From assembly GCA_903830725.1 (NCBI GenBank), contig CAIKVH010000101.1:2043-66042 (forward strand): 64,000 nt of DNA. The letters run 5' to 3'. Under the pieces are notes generated by a model that had not been told where the DNA came from, did not search any database, and was given only the letters and a program-made list of their open reading frames with translations. The DNA is from an uncultured Burkholderiales bacterium. GTDB lineage: Bacteria; Pseudomonadota; Gammaproteobacteria; Burkholderiales; Burkholderiaceae_C. Position numbers and translations under genes: made by a program. Below are positions 1-9,209 of the stretch, piece by piece (within the stretch, counting starts at the first letter, position 1; each line of letters begins with the position of its first letter).

Positions 1-760
1 TGAGGTCAACAAAGACCCCCTGCTTGTCGCCGCTACGCTCTCGTAAATGTAGTGTCCCCAAGTTAGCCGCCCCAGTGAGTTGTTTAAGCTTTGGGGAACG
101 ACTCACGACTGTATTTTGTAGGTCTGTTTCAAAAATAATGCTCTCAAGATTCACTGCAGCAGAGATTTCCAGTACGGCTAAGCTCGCACCCTTAAGTGCT
201 AGGGATCGCAAGTTGGTGATGTAAGGCAACAACATTACTTGAATAGGGTCGGGGAGTGACAAGTTCAATGATTGCAAACACGAGGTTTGATCTTCCAACA
301 AAACACATAAGTTAGCCTGGGGTTTATCCTTTAGCGAGGTATATGTATTTACGGGTCCAATCCAGGCCCCATTTAGCTTGGATAATGTCTGAGTCTCATA
401 CTTAAAGGTCCTCAACTCATCATTTCTAGTCCAACACGCATCCAAAGATGCGACGATCCCCTCGCAAATCAATTGGGGGGGGACGTCCCCCGAATCGATA
501 TGTATATATGCATTGCATCCTGGTGGTAAGACAATTTTGCGTAAATCTGGGCATCCCAGAATACATATGTGTACATCAACAGCAGCACAGTCTAAATAGA
601 TTTCTTTTAGGCCTTTGCATTTGTATAAATCCAAAGCTTTAAGATCTGCGCATCCGGCACGGATTACAGATAAGTCTTGGCTTGTTAGGGTGATGCCCCC
701 GCTTACACTAAGATGACTGCTAAACTCATGTGCGGTTGGATTTGAAGATAAATAAAGCAT
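1..760 (-). CDS. Leucine-rich-repeat-like protein, 5' part only (runs off the left edge)
   Basis: Hand translation of the minus strand from ATG at 760 stays open for 253 codons to base 1. It contains LxxLxLxx-type segments (LKALDLYKCKGLKEIYL, LRKIVLP, LQSLNLSLP, ITNLRSLALKGASLAVLEIS). Not in the ORF track because its stop lies outside the window. Confidence 0.7.
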   Translation of the reverse strand, partial: MLYLSSNPTAHEFSSHLSVSGGITLTSQDLSVIRAGCADLKALDLYKCKGLKEIYLDCAAVDVHICILGCPDLRKIVLPPGCNAYIHIDSGDVPPQLICEGIVASLDACWTRNDELRTFKYETQTLSKLNGAWIGPVNTYTSLKDKPQANLCVLLEDQTSCLQSLNLSLPDPIQVMLLPYITNLRSLALKGASLAVLEISAAVNLESIIFETDLQNTVVSRSPKLKQLTGAANLGTLHLRERSGDKQGVFVDL

Positions 761-1016
761 ATTTCGTCAGAGGCTGTTAGAGTGAAATTTATTACACCAT
801 CTCCCTTAGACATTTGGTGACTATCCCATGTAAGCATTCAGCAAGCTAATTAAAAGCCAACGGCAGTAGTACTAAAGTTGCCTCTCTTGAATCAAATCTC
901 CTTCAACGCGGATAGATATACAAAATATGTCGATCTATAGGTGCATACTTTAAAGAACTTACTGAGACGAAGCTCAGTTAAAAAATCTTTATAAGTCTCG
1001 CTTAGGAATTGAATCA

Positions 1017-3179
1017 ATGAGTCAAGTTAATTGTTTAACTGTAAACGATAACCCCCCCAAGAAAATGGAGGATGAATACGGCATTGAAATACGGGACACA
1101 GGTGTACCTGCAGTTTTTGATGCTTGTTGTAAAAAATGGGCGATTAAGGCATTGGTAGAAATGGGAGGCCACACTAATATCCTTCGTCTACAAAACTGTG
1201 CAGAGCCAGAATTACTTCGTTATTTGGGAATCCATGCGAATCTAGAAGAGTCGTATGAGCAAACTCTTGTCCTCAATGCAGTCAAAGAGAAATACAAAGA
1301 ATTGGTTAACCCAAACCAGCTTATCCCAGTCAATACTACGCTGAATAAAAATATTGATTGGCTTGGGAAGCAATTAGGATTATCTGAAAATGATCAAAAA
1401 ATATTGCTACTTTGTGTTTTAGAGAAACACAATATCTTTCTCAAACAATCTCTTGCCGCAATTGGTGAGATGAAAGAATCTAAATTGATGAGCGTTGTCT
1501 CTATCTTATTGGATATTCCACTGCGCTGCGTTTATGATGCATTTGCAGAACACGGTCTACTTACAAGAACGGGGTTGCTCACCACCATTACGTATTTAGA
1601 TTCTCTTGACTTTGGAAGTAAAGTGGATTTAATCAGTGGGTTGGCTGAACGATTGATGGAGGAACAAACTGATTTTTTTGATATCTTCAAGCACAATTTT
1701 GTTGCAGCTCCAAAACCATCTCTCAAGATTGAGGACTATGCACACGTCTCAAATAAAGTTGAAAATGCTGTGCATTTACTGAAAACCGCTATAAAAGAAA
1801 AGCGTATCGGTACCAACATCTTGTTGTTCTCAAAACCCGGCACAGGCAAGAGCGAATTGGCCAGAGTGATTGCTGAGGAAGTCGGTGCTGATGCATTTGA
1901 GGTCAGCGTGGGCGGTCGACCCGGTGAGCGCTATAGCAATGTGAACCGACTCTCAGCTTATATGCTGTCTCAGACCATCCTTGCCAAATCACCCAATAAG
2001 CTCATCATCTTTGACGAGTGTGAGGATATATCCACTAAACGCGACGATGAAGATCAGTTTATGAAACCACGACGCTCATCCGGCAAAGGGATGAAAGGGG
2101 CGATGAACCAATTGCTTGAGACCAACAATGTGCCATGCATCTTTATCACCAATGATCTGGGCTGTTTTCAGGACCCTGCATTTCTAAGACGCATTGATAT
2201 ATGCATTCAACTTGAGATTCCCCCATTAAGTGTTCGAGTCGATATGCTCAAAACATTCACAACTGGTATGCAAGTTTCTGAGGAGTGGTGTAAGCAAACG
2301 GCCTCAAATGAATCAATTTCTCCTGCAATGATGAGCAAAGCGGTCAATGTCGCGAACGCTATTCAGGCATCAAGCAAGAATTCATTGGCCGAGCAAGTTC
2401 TAAGCGAACTGCTTGACTCCTCCCTTAAAGCCCAATCTATTCAAGTAAAGCCCAAAAAATCTCAATCCAACGCCCTAAACTACAACCTTGACTACGTCAA
2501 CACTGATGTAAATTTAAAAGAGATCACAGAATCATTAAAAACCCACGCCTGCGCTCGAATATTGCTTTACGGAGTTAGTGGCTCGGGCAAATCCGCTTAC
2601 GCTTTGCACCTTGCTGAATCAATTGGTAAACGCGCCATTATTAAACAAGCCTCCGATATATTTTCAAAGTACCTTGGGGATACAGAAAAATGCATTGCTC
2701 AAATGTTCTCGGAGGCAAAAGAAGAAAGTGCAGTGCTCATACTTGACGAAGCGGACAGTTACTTAAGAGACAGAACCCAGGGTCTCAAGAGCTTTGAGAT
2801 AACCATTGTTAATGAGATGCTCACACAAATGGAAGCGTTTGAAGGTATCTTCATTGCCACAACCAATTTGATTGATTTTATTTGTCCCAGCGCCATGCGT
2901 CGATTTGATTTAAAGGCAAAGTTTGATTATTTAAAACCCAACGATGCAATCACAGTCTTTAATGAAACTTGTAAACTCTTAAATGTAGAACCGTATCTAG
3001 CCGATGACATAAGTGCTAGACAACTCACTCAACTAAGCCCGGGTGATTTTTCTGTGGTTTTCCGTCAAGCGAAATTCAAAAAAATAACGACTTACCAACA
3101 AGTTTTAAAAATACTTGAACAAGAAAAATCAATAAAAAATCTTACTCTAAATTCTAAAATGGGATTTTTAACGAACTAA
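1017..3179 (+). CDS. Tandem AAA+ ATPase (two AAA modules, long N-terminal domain)
   Basis: Walker A SKPGTGKS with Walker B LIIFDECE and arginine-finger region FLRRID; second module GVSGSGKS, LILDEAD, AMRRFD. Confidence 0.9.
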   Translation: MSQVNCLTVNDNPPKKMEDEYGIEIRDTGVPAVFDACCKKWAIKALVEMGGHTNILRLQNCAEPELLRYLGIHANLEESYEQTLVLNAVKEKYKELVNPNQLIPVNTTLNKNIDWLGKQLGLSENDQKILLLCVLEKHNIFLKQSLAAIGEMKESKLMSVVSILLDIPLRCVYDAFAEHGLLTRTGLLTTITYLDSLDFGSKVDLISGLAERLMEEQTDFFDIFKHNFVAAPKPSLKIEDYAHVSNKVENAVHLLKTAIKEKRIGTNILLFSKPGTGKSELARVIAEEVGADAFEVSVGGRPGERYSNVNRLSAYMLSQTILAKSPNKLIIFDECEDISTKRDDEDQFMKPRRSSGKGMKGAMNQLLETNNVPCIFITNDLGCFQDPAFLRRIDICIQLEIPPLSVRVDMLKTFTTGMQVSEEWCKQTASNESISPAMMSKAVNVANAIQASSKNSLAEQVLSELLDSSLKAQSIQVKPKKSQSNALNYNLDYVNTDVNLKEITESLKTHACARILLYGVSGSGKSAYALHLAESIGKRAIIKQASDIFSKYLGDTEKCIAQMFSEAKEESAVLILDEADSYLRDRTQGLKSFEITIVNEMLTQMEAFEGIFIATTNLIDFICPSAMRRFDLKAKFDYLKPNDAITVFNETCKLLNVEPYLADDISARQLTQLSPGDFSVVFRQAKFKKITTYQQVLKILEQEKSIKNLTLNSKMGFLTN

Positions 3180-3201
3180 CACGAAGTGCTCTTTTAGCAG
3201 A

Positions 3202-4320
3202 TCAGTACATGTTAACTGCTGCTATCAAGTCATTTTTAACTCGGGCTTTAACAAATGCAGGAGAAATAACTTTAATATGTGTACTCATGCTGAGTATCCA
3301 GTAAATGAGTCTCTCGGTTAAAGGCACCGTTGCTTCTAAAAAGTACGCGCGCTCTGAATCTGGTAGGTCTGGGGAGGATTTTGGATCTACTTTAATGACC
3401 TGATCTTCGCTGAGCTTGGTCTCACGTATCCACTGAGTTGAGGCATCAACATGAAGTTTTAGCTCAATGGGCATACCAATTAATTCTTCATCAAAAGTGG
3501 GGTAACCTATACCCTTTCTAATATGTTTATCAATTGTAGGAATCGGAGTCGCTAGGTACTCACCTAGGGTAGTCTTTGCACTTGTGATTCGGTGCATTAA
3601 ATAATTTCTTAATTTTCCAGTTGTACCTCTTGAATTAGCCACCAAGTAACACCTAACCCCTTGTTGCAAGATCGCTTGGGGTTGAACCACCGTTGTTGAC
3701 TTGTGGTTGTACTCGATTTCTAGAAGCTCACCATTCAAAAGTGCTTCGTGAACAGTTTTCTCAATCTCGGGCAAAATTTCGGGACGGGTGAAGGCAATCG
3801 TCTCTGGCAGGTAGTAAATTCTCTCTAGCCAAGCGTCAGCAAGGGACTTTGATTTGATTTTAGAAGCCCCTTGTTCTCTTGCTATGGCTGCAGCCTCCGT
3901 TCCAGCGGCTTTGAAAAAGCCAGACAAAGCATTCCAACGGTTCTTGGGAAGTAAATCGATACCCTGTTTTTGTAGGACACCAAAAGCAATCATTTCGTCT
4001 GTAGTCAATCCACTGATCTTAAGAGGTGGAGCATCTTTTCTCCAATAGGCAGAGAACTCTTTGACGTCATTGAAAGGAGTTTTAACTGCTTTTCTTTTCT
4101 TGGCACTTGGTCTTTTTGCCTTTGGAGAGACAAGCACCAAATCTTCCCCTACAACATCCGCTAGTTTTATAAGATTGCGCTGTAGTTTTCGCGTGAATGA
4201 GGCGTCAGAGATATCCTCCTGGAATTCTGTTGCCAATGCCTTGAAAAAGTCAGATGTCTTTATTGGCCCCCTGTCTTGGCTTGGAATACGCTTTAACATT
4301 TCCCATTGCAATTTATCCAT
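3202..4320 (-). CDS. WYL-domain transcriptional regulator (HTH-WYL-WCX, BrxR-like)
   Basis: N-terminal HTH (RKLQRNLIKL); WYL core LEIEY...VVQPQAIL...YLVA...RNYLMHRITSA; WCX-like tail ETKLSEDQVI...LIYWILSMSTHIKVISP. Confidence 0.85.
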   Translation of the reverse strand: MDKLQWEMLKRIPSQDRGPIKTSDFFKALATEFQEDISDASFTRKLQRNLIKLADVVGEDLVLVSPKAKRPSAKKRKAVKTPFNDVKEFSAYWRKDAPPLKISGLTTDEMIAFGVLQKQGIDLLPKNRWNALSGFFKAAGTEAAAIAREQGASKIKSKSLADAWLERIYYLPETIAFTRPEILPEIEKTVHEALLNGELLEIEYNHKSTTVVQPQAILQQGVRCYLVANSRGTTGKLRNYLMHRITSAKTTLGEYLATPIPTIDKHIRKGIGYPTFDEELIGMPIELKLHVDASTQWIRETKLSEDQVIKVDPKSSPDLPDSERAYFLEATVPLTERLIYWILSMSTHIKVISPAFVKARVKNDLIAAVNMY

Positions 4321-4357
4321 CGGGGCACCTCCAAAATTTTTGAAATTATATCATTAT

Positions 4358-4372
4358 AGACATATTATGTCT
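4358..4372. promoter_or_regulatory. Palindrome AGACATA-T-TATGTCT, candidate WYL-regulator operator
   Basis: Perfect 7-1-7 inverted repeat in the 98-bp gap between the divergent WYL gene and the 4419 gene. Confidence 0.45.
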
Positions 4373-4418
4373 TTTAAGAATCATAGGATCTAGCAATCTA
4401 TGTAACAGACCCCCAAAT

Positions 4419-4976
4419 ATGAATTTCACAAACATAAAAGACACTAAGCAATGTGACATTCTTGCTTGTACCCTTTGGACAACCACTGAGCTTGAACTAT
4501 TTGAATATATATGGGATATTTGCAATCATTCGACCTCTCTCGACAGCACACTTTCTGTTTATGATTTACGAACTATTTTTGATACACAAATATTCCAAAC
4601 CTGTAGCGACCAAGAGCTTATTTATAGATTCAAAAGATTGAATAAATTCTTGATTGATCACCAATTGGTTAGAGAAGAGATTTTTATCTTCAGTATATTT
4701 ATTCCCTCAAATAGATTTTTCATTCAATTTAGGAAAACCAGTGATTGGCAGCAAATATCCAAAAATGTAAGAAAACAAATTAATGAATCATTAAAGATCG
4801 CCCTTAAGAGAAGAAAAATAGAAAGCAATACGGCAAAGCAGTCTGTTGCGGAATACTTTTTTTCATTCAAATCTTTACTTATTGATGATGTTTATAAATA
4901 TAAAAATATAGTCTACGAAAGGGTTGGGGAGGGAATTAATGTAGAAGAGGCATTTAAATGTTTCAAACTGATTTAA
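4419..4976 (+). CDS. Hypothetical protein (185 aa)
   Basis: Long ORF filling the gap between the WYL and nuclease-helicase genes; no motif recognised. Confidence 0.65.
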   Translation: MNFTNIKDTKQCDILACTLWTTTELELFEYIWDICNHSTSLDSTLSVYDLRTIFDTQIFQTCSDQELIYRFKRLNKFLIDHQLVREEIFIFSIFIPSNRFFIQFRKTSDWQQISKNVRKQINESLKIALKRRKIESNTAKQSVAEYFFSFKSLLIDDVYKYKNIVYERVGEGINVEEAFKCFKLI

Positions 4977-5045
4977 TCAGATTAAAATTGGTTCTCAAGA
5001 TAATCATTATTCACTATTACGCCCAGTTTTAATCAAGTCCATAAA

Positions 5046-8000
5046 ATGCAAAACAAACCTAACTATGGTCGTCTCTATTCTGCCTCTGACTTGGTCGCTT
5101 ATTTAGGATGTCACCACAGGACTGAGCTCGATCTAAAACGTCTGAATGGTTGGGACAAAAAACCCAAGGACGCTGATGATGCAACCCAACTCATTCAAAA
5201 CTACGGCGATAGGCATGAACGTGAATATCTACACGAGTTGATTGAGAGAGGCCTGAACGTTGTCCAGATTGACAAGGAAACGCCCCTAGAAATACAACTA
5301 CAACAAACGAATGCAGCCATTCGAGGCGGAGCAGATGTTATTTTTCAGGCAACATTGATTCAACCACCATTTATTGGATACGCTGATTTCTTTATCAAAG
5401 TCCCCGGTCAATCCAAATTAGGAGACTACCACTACGAAGTAATTGATACCAAACTTGCAAAAAGTAGTCGCGGCAAGTTTGTCATGCAACTTTGCTTATA
5501 CGCGGAAATGTTAGCCGAGATTCAAGGAGTAATGCCTAAACAATTGCACATAGTTTTAGGAAAACTTGATCCCGAGGAGGCCAGACTGAAGGGCCTAGAT
5601 CCTCATCGCTCCAACACCACAGTGCTTCAAACCCGTGATTATTACGATTACTTTAAAGTTACAAAAGAGCACTTTCTAAGCTATATAACTAAGCTCGAGC
5701 AGCAACCTCCAGTCGTTGCGACCCTCCCCGAACCCGTTAAAGCTTGTGATCTTTGCGGATGGACTGATCATTGCACTTCGTATTGGAGTGAAACAGATCA
5801 CCTGTCCCAAGTTGCTGGAATTAGAAAAGATCAAATTATTAAACTCCAATCTCAGGGCGTTCAGACGATGAAATCCTTGAGTGAATTAAATATCTCTATT
5901 CCTGGCATCTCTAATACCGTCCTTCATAGGATTAAAAAACAGGCTGAACTGCAACTTAACCCTAAAATTGCTCCTAAAACAGGTAAGGATGACCCACTTC
6001 GGTATGAATATTTACAGCCTAGTCCAACGAAGGCAACAGGCTTCGCCTTATTACCAGAACCCAACGACGGAGATCTTTATTTTGATATGGAGGGGTTTCC
6101 ATATGAGGTAGGTGGCCTTGAGTACTTGTTTGGGCTTGGATGGAGAGATCCTGCCAACCCCAAACACAAAGACGATCCTATTCAAGTCTCATTTACCCCT
6201 TTTTGGGCTCATAACCGTAAGGACGAGAAAAAAGCTTTTGAGGCCTTTATGGACCACGTCCAAGCGCATCTTAAAAAATATCCAAACGCTCATATCTACC
6301 ATTACGCACCCTACGAAAAAACAGCTATTCAACGCTTATCAAGTATTCACAATACCAGGACTGAGTTTAGAGATCAACTTCTACGTGAAGGACGTCTGGT
6401 TGACCTTTACAGAGTCGTAGCCAGTGGGCTTCAATTGGCGCTGCCTAGTTATTCCATCAAATATGTTGAGACCTACTATAGAAAGCCCCGTGAGGGTGAT
6501 GTGGTCAATGCGGGTGCAAGTATTGTTGAATACGAAAAGTTTCGCAACAGCGATAGTCAGGAGCTTCGAGACCAAATTCTCAAAGGCATCCAACAATACA
6601 ACGAGGATGATGTCGACTCAACTTGGCGACTTCATGTCTGGCTGGAGCACATTCGCCAAAACGATACACCTTACTTTGTCAAAGAAGTCGAACCCGTTCA
6701 GGAGGAAACCCAGGACGCACCTCACCTTGTAAGCGAACAACAGGTTGATGCCTGGCTCTTTGCACAGCCTGAGTCTTTAAAGATAAAGGCCACGGCTGTT
6801 GCAGAGCTTTTAAAGCTAATACTGAGTTTTTACTGGCGGGCTAAACTCCCATCCGTATGGCGTATGTTTCAAAAGCAAGAACTTGATGAAATTGAATTGA
6901 TTGAAGATAGAGAGTGCCTCGCATTGTTGGAGTACACGGGTAATTCGGAGAAAGTGGCAAATAGTGTTCGCTATTACTATACAGTTCCGGAGCAGGAATC
7001 AAAGTTATCAAATGGATCTAATGTTAAATGTCTCACAGATAATCTAGCTGCCAGTAACTTTGAATTCAATGAGGAGAAAGGAATTTGCTCATTTACTAGA
7101 TCAAATAGAAGTCCAGCTCCGCCTGCAATAGTCTCTCTCGCAATCAATGATGATGTCCCAACTAAGTCTAAACAGGACTCCATCGTTCGCTTTATTGCCT
7201 CTTTAGCTGCAAACCCTCTCCTTTCAAATCCTCGACTTGACATATTAATGCAGAACCTTCCCAGATTGTTGAATAAGAGCGAGGGGAGTTCGGTGGTTGA
7301 TGTTGCCAACACCGAGGAGCTAACCGCAGCCATCGAGAATCTTATGGACAGTTATCTCGTGATCCAGGGTCCTCCCGGAACCGGTAAGACCTTCAATGCA
7401 TCTAAAGCGATTACGCACTTACTCAAAATAGGGAAAAAAGTTGCCGTCACATCTAATAGCCACGCCGCAATCAACAATTTATTGAAAGCAACTTACGAAG
7501 AATTAAACGCTGTTGGTCTTAATAAGGTAATAGTTGCAACGAGAGAGGATAAGACTTTGCCAGAGGGTATTCAGGTTTGTTCCAGTCGACAGTTAGATTC
7601 CAGCATACATGATTTAAGCGGTGGGACAGCTTGGGCTTATTGCGTTGAAGAACAAACCGAGCAATGGGATTATTTATTTATTGATGAGGCAAGCCAAGTC
7701 TCTTTGGCAGACCTATTGGCCGCAGGATCTTGCGCCAAAAACATCATATTACTCGGCGATCAAATGCAATTGTCTCAACCCGTTCAGGGCACCCACCCTG
7801 GCAAAAGTGGATTGTCTTCATTGGATTATTTGATGAATGATCATCCAACTGTACCTAGTGATCGCGGAATATTCTTAGAGCACACTTACAGAATGCATCC
7901 GGAAATTTGCAAGCCTATATCTAGGGGTGTGTATGAGGACCGCTTGGGATCGAACCCTAACTGCGCAGTACAAAAAATAATACTAAACGAGCATGCTCAC

Positions 8001-8495
8001 TCTGCATTAAAGCCCTTTGGTATTTCCTATGTGCCGGTTGCGCACCAAGGAAGAAGTCAGGCCTCGAGCGAGGAAGCCAAGACAATTAAGGCAATTTACG
8101 AAAGTCTTTTAAAACAAAAATGGATGAATAAAGACGGAGAAACTCAACCGATCACTGAAAAAGACATTTTGATTGTTGCTCCCTATAATGCTCAACGAAT
8201 AGAGCTGAGAAAAGAATTAGGTGAGCTAGCCCGTATCGGCACCGTTGATAAATTTCAAGGCCAAGAGGCTGCGGTTGCAATTTTCTCCATGACCTCCTCA
8301 GATAGAGAAAATATTCCAAGGGGACTCGACTTTTTGTTCAGTAAAAATAGGCTCAATGTTGCCCTATCTAGAGCCAAGTGTTTAGCTCTTATGGTAGCTT
8401 CGCCAGAGTTAGAACAAATTGAATGCGATAAGGTTGATGATATGAAACTACTCAATTTTTACACTCAAATCATCAATGCATCTACTCATACTTAA
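5046..8495 (+). CDS. TM0106-family RecB/Cas4-like nuclease fused to RNase H-like domain and UPF1/DNA2-like SF1 helicase
   Basis: PD-(D/E)xK motif GYADFFIK...VIDTKLA; Cys pattern C20...CDLCGWTDHC; HhH-like DHLSQVAGI; RNase H-like YFDMEG/YHYAPYE/VDLY/YNEDDV; helicase motifs QGPPGTGKT, DEASQ, LGDQMQL, YRMHPEI, APYNAQ, TVDKFQGQE, RLNVALSRAK. Confidence 0.92.
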   Translation: MQNKPNYGRLYSASDLVAYLGCHHRTELDLKRLNGWDKKPKDADDATQLIQNYGDRHEREYLHELIERGLNVVQIDKETPLEIQLQQTNAAIRGGADVIFQATLIQPPFIGYADFFIKVPGQSKLGDYHYEVIDTKLAKSSRGKFVMQLCLYAEMLAEIQGVMPKQLHIVLGKLDPEEARLKGLDPHRSNTTVLQTRDYYDYFKVTKEHFLSYITKLEQQPPVVATLPEPVKACDLCGWTDHCTSYWSETDHLSQVAGIRKDQIIKLQSQGVQTMKSLSELNISIPGISNTVLHRIKKQAELQLNPKIAPKTGKDDPLRYEYLQPSPTKATGFALLPEPNDGDLYFDMEGFPYEVGGLEYLFGLGWRDPANPKHKDDPIQVSFTPFWAHNRKDEKKAFEAFMDHVQAHLKKYPNAHIYHYAPYEKTAIQRLSSIHNTRTEFRDQLLREGRLVDLYRVVASGLQLALPSYSIKYVETYYRKPREGDVVNAGASIVEYEKFRNSDSQELRDQILKGIQQYNEDDVDSTWRLHVWLEHIRQNDTPYFVKEVEPVQEETQDAPHLVSEQQVDAWLFAQPESLKIKATAVAELLKLILSFYWRAKLPSVWRMFQKQELDEIELIEDRECLALLEYTGNSEKVANSVRYYYTVPEQESKLSNGSNVKCLTDNLAASNFEFNEEKGICSFTRSNRSPAPPAIVSLAINDDVPTKSKQDSIVRFIASLAANPLLSNPRLDILMQNLPRLLNKSEGSSVVDVANTEELTAAIENLMDSYLVIQGPPGTGKTFNASKAITHLLKIGKKVAVTSNSHAAINNLLKATYEELNAVGLNKVIVATREDKTLPEGIQVCSSRQLDSSIHDLSGGTAWAYCVEEQTEQWDYLFIDEASQVSLADLLAAGSCAKNIILLGDQMQLSQPVQGTHPGKSGLSSLDYLMNDHPTVPSDRGIFLEHTYRMHPEICKPISRGVYEDRLGSNPNCAVQKIILNEHAHSALKPFGISYVPVAHQGRSQASSEEAKTIKAIYESLLKQKWMNKDGETQPITEKDILIVAPYNAQRIELRKELGELARIGTVDKFQGQEAAVAIFSMTSSDRENIPRGLDFLFSKNRLNVALSRAKCLALMVASPELEQIECDKVDDMKLLNFYTQIINASTHT

Positions 8496-8500
8496 AAATA

Positions 8501-9157
8501 ATGCTCAATACCACCTACTTTAAGAGCTGTCTTATTGGCATTATTTTGCTTATCACCAACTTAGCTCCCTGCTACTCAGCAAGTTTCAAGTGTGATTCCC
8601 ATCTTTCTGAGGCAGAGACACTGGTTTGCACGGACCGAGAACTGTCCGAAAAAGATTCCAATATGGCAGTTGTCTACAAAAAGCTCTTGAAAAGAGGTTT
8701 TTATGGGGAGTCCAAAAATGCGTTCAAGACGGAGCAACTTGCTTGGATTAAAACCAGAAACGCCTGTAAATCCAGCGTTTGTTTAAACGATATCTATGAT
8801 GAAAGAATTCAAATATTGGCTGAATACATGAAGCAGCCCTACGAAGTTAAGGTCTTACCCCCTGTTTGCAGTAAAACCTTTATCAGTGAAATTAGCGCTC
8901 GCCTGCCCTCTGAAGATCCCCAAACGAGAGGAACACGAATTAGCTACGCAAACGGATTGGGCGGGGTTTCCTATGACTATGTTGCTTCCATCTGGGATCG
9001 TTCGAGAATCAAAGATCCGGTACGGGTATGTCTTATCGCAAAGTATCTAAACTGTCCCAAAGGGGATGATCGTGGCAAAACCTTTGAAGGTACGAATTTA
9101 AGAACAGGTGAAAAATGGAAACTGAGTGATTCACAACACATTTGTAGTGGTGCTTAA
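8501..9157 (+). CDS. Secreted LprI (DUF1311)-like protein with Cys-rich C-terminal domain
   Basis: Signal peptide, then ASFKC...ETLVCTDRELSEKD...QLAWIKTRNAC...CLNDIYDERI (LprI pattern); C-terminus CPKGDDRG...NLRTG...HICSGA. Confidence 0.75.
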   Translation: MLNTTYFKSCLIGIILLITNLAPCYSASFKCDSHLSEAETLVCTDRELSEKDSNMAVVYKKLLKRGFYGESKNAFKTEQLAWIKTRNACKSSVCLNDIYDERIQILAEYMKQPYEVKVLPPVCSKTFISEISARLPSEDPQTRGTRISYANGLGGVSYDYVASIWDRSRIKDPVRVCLIAKYLNCPKGDDRGKTFEGTNLRTGEKWKLSDSQHICSGA

Positions 9158-9209
9158 CCCTCCCTGATACTTAATCTCTAAAAAAATCTATCAATTCAAC
9201 CCCATTTAT

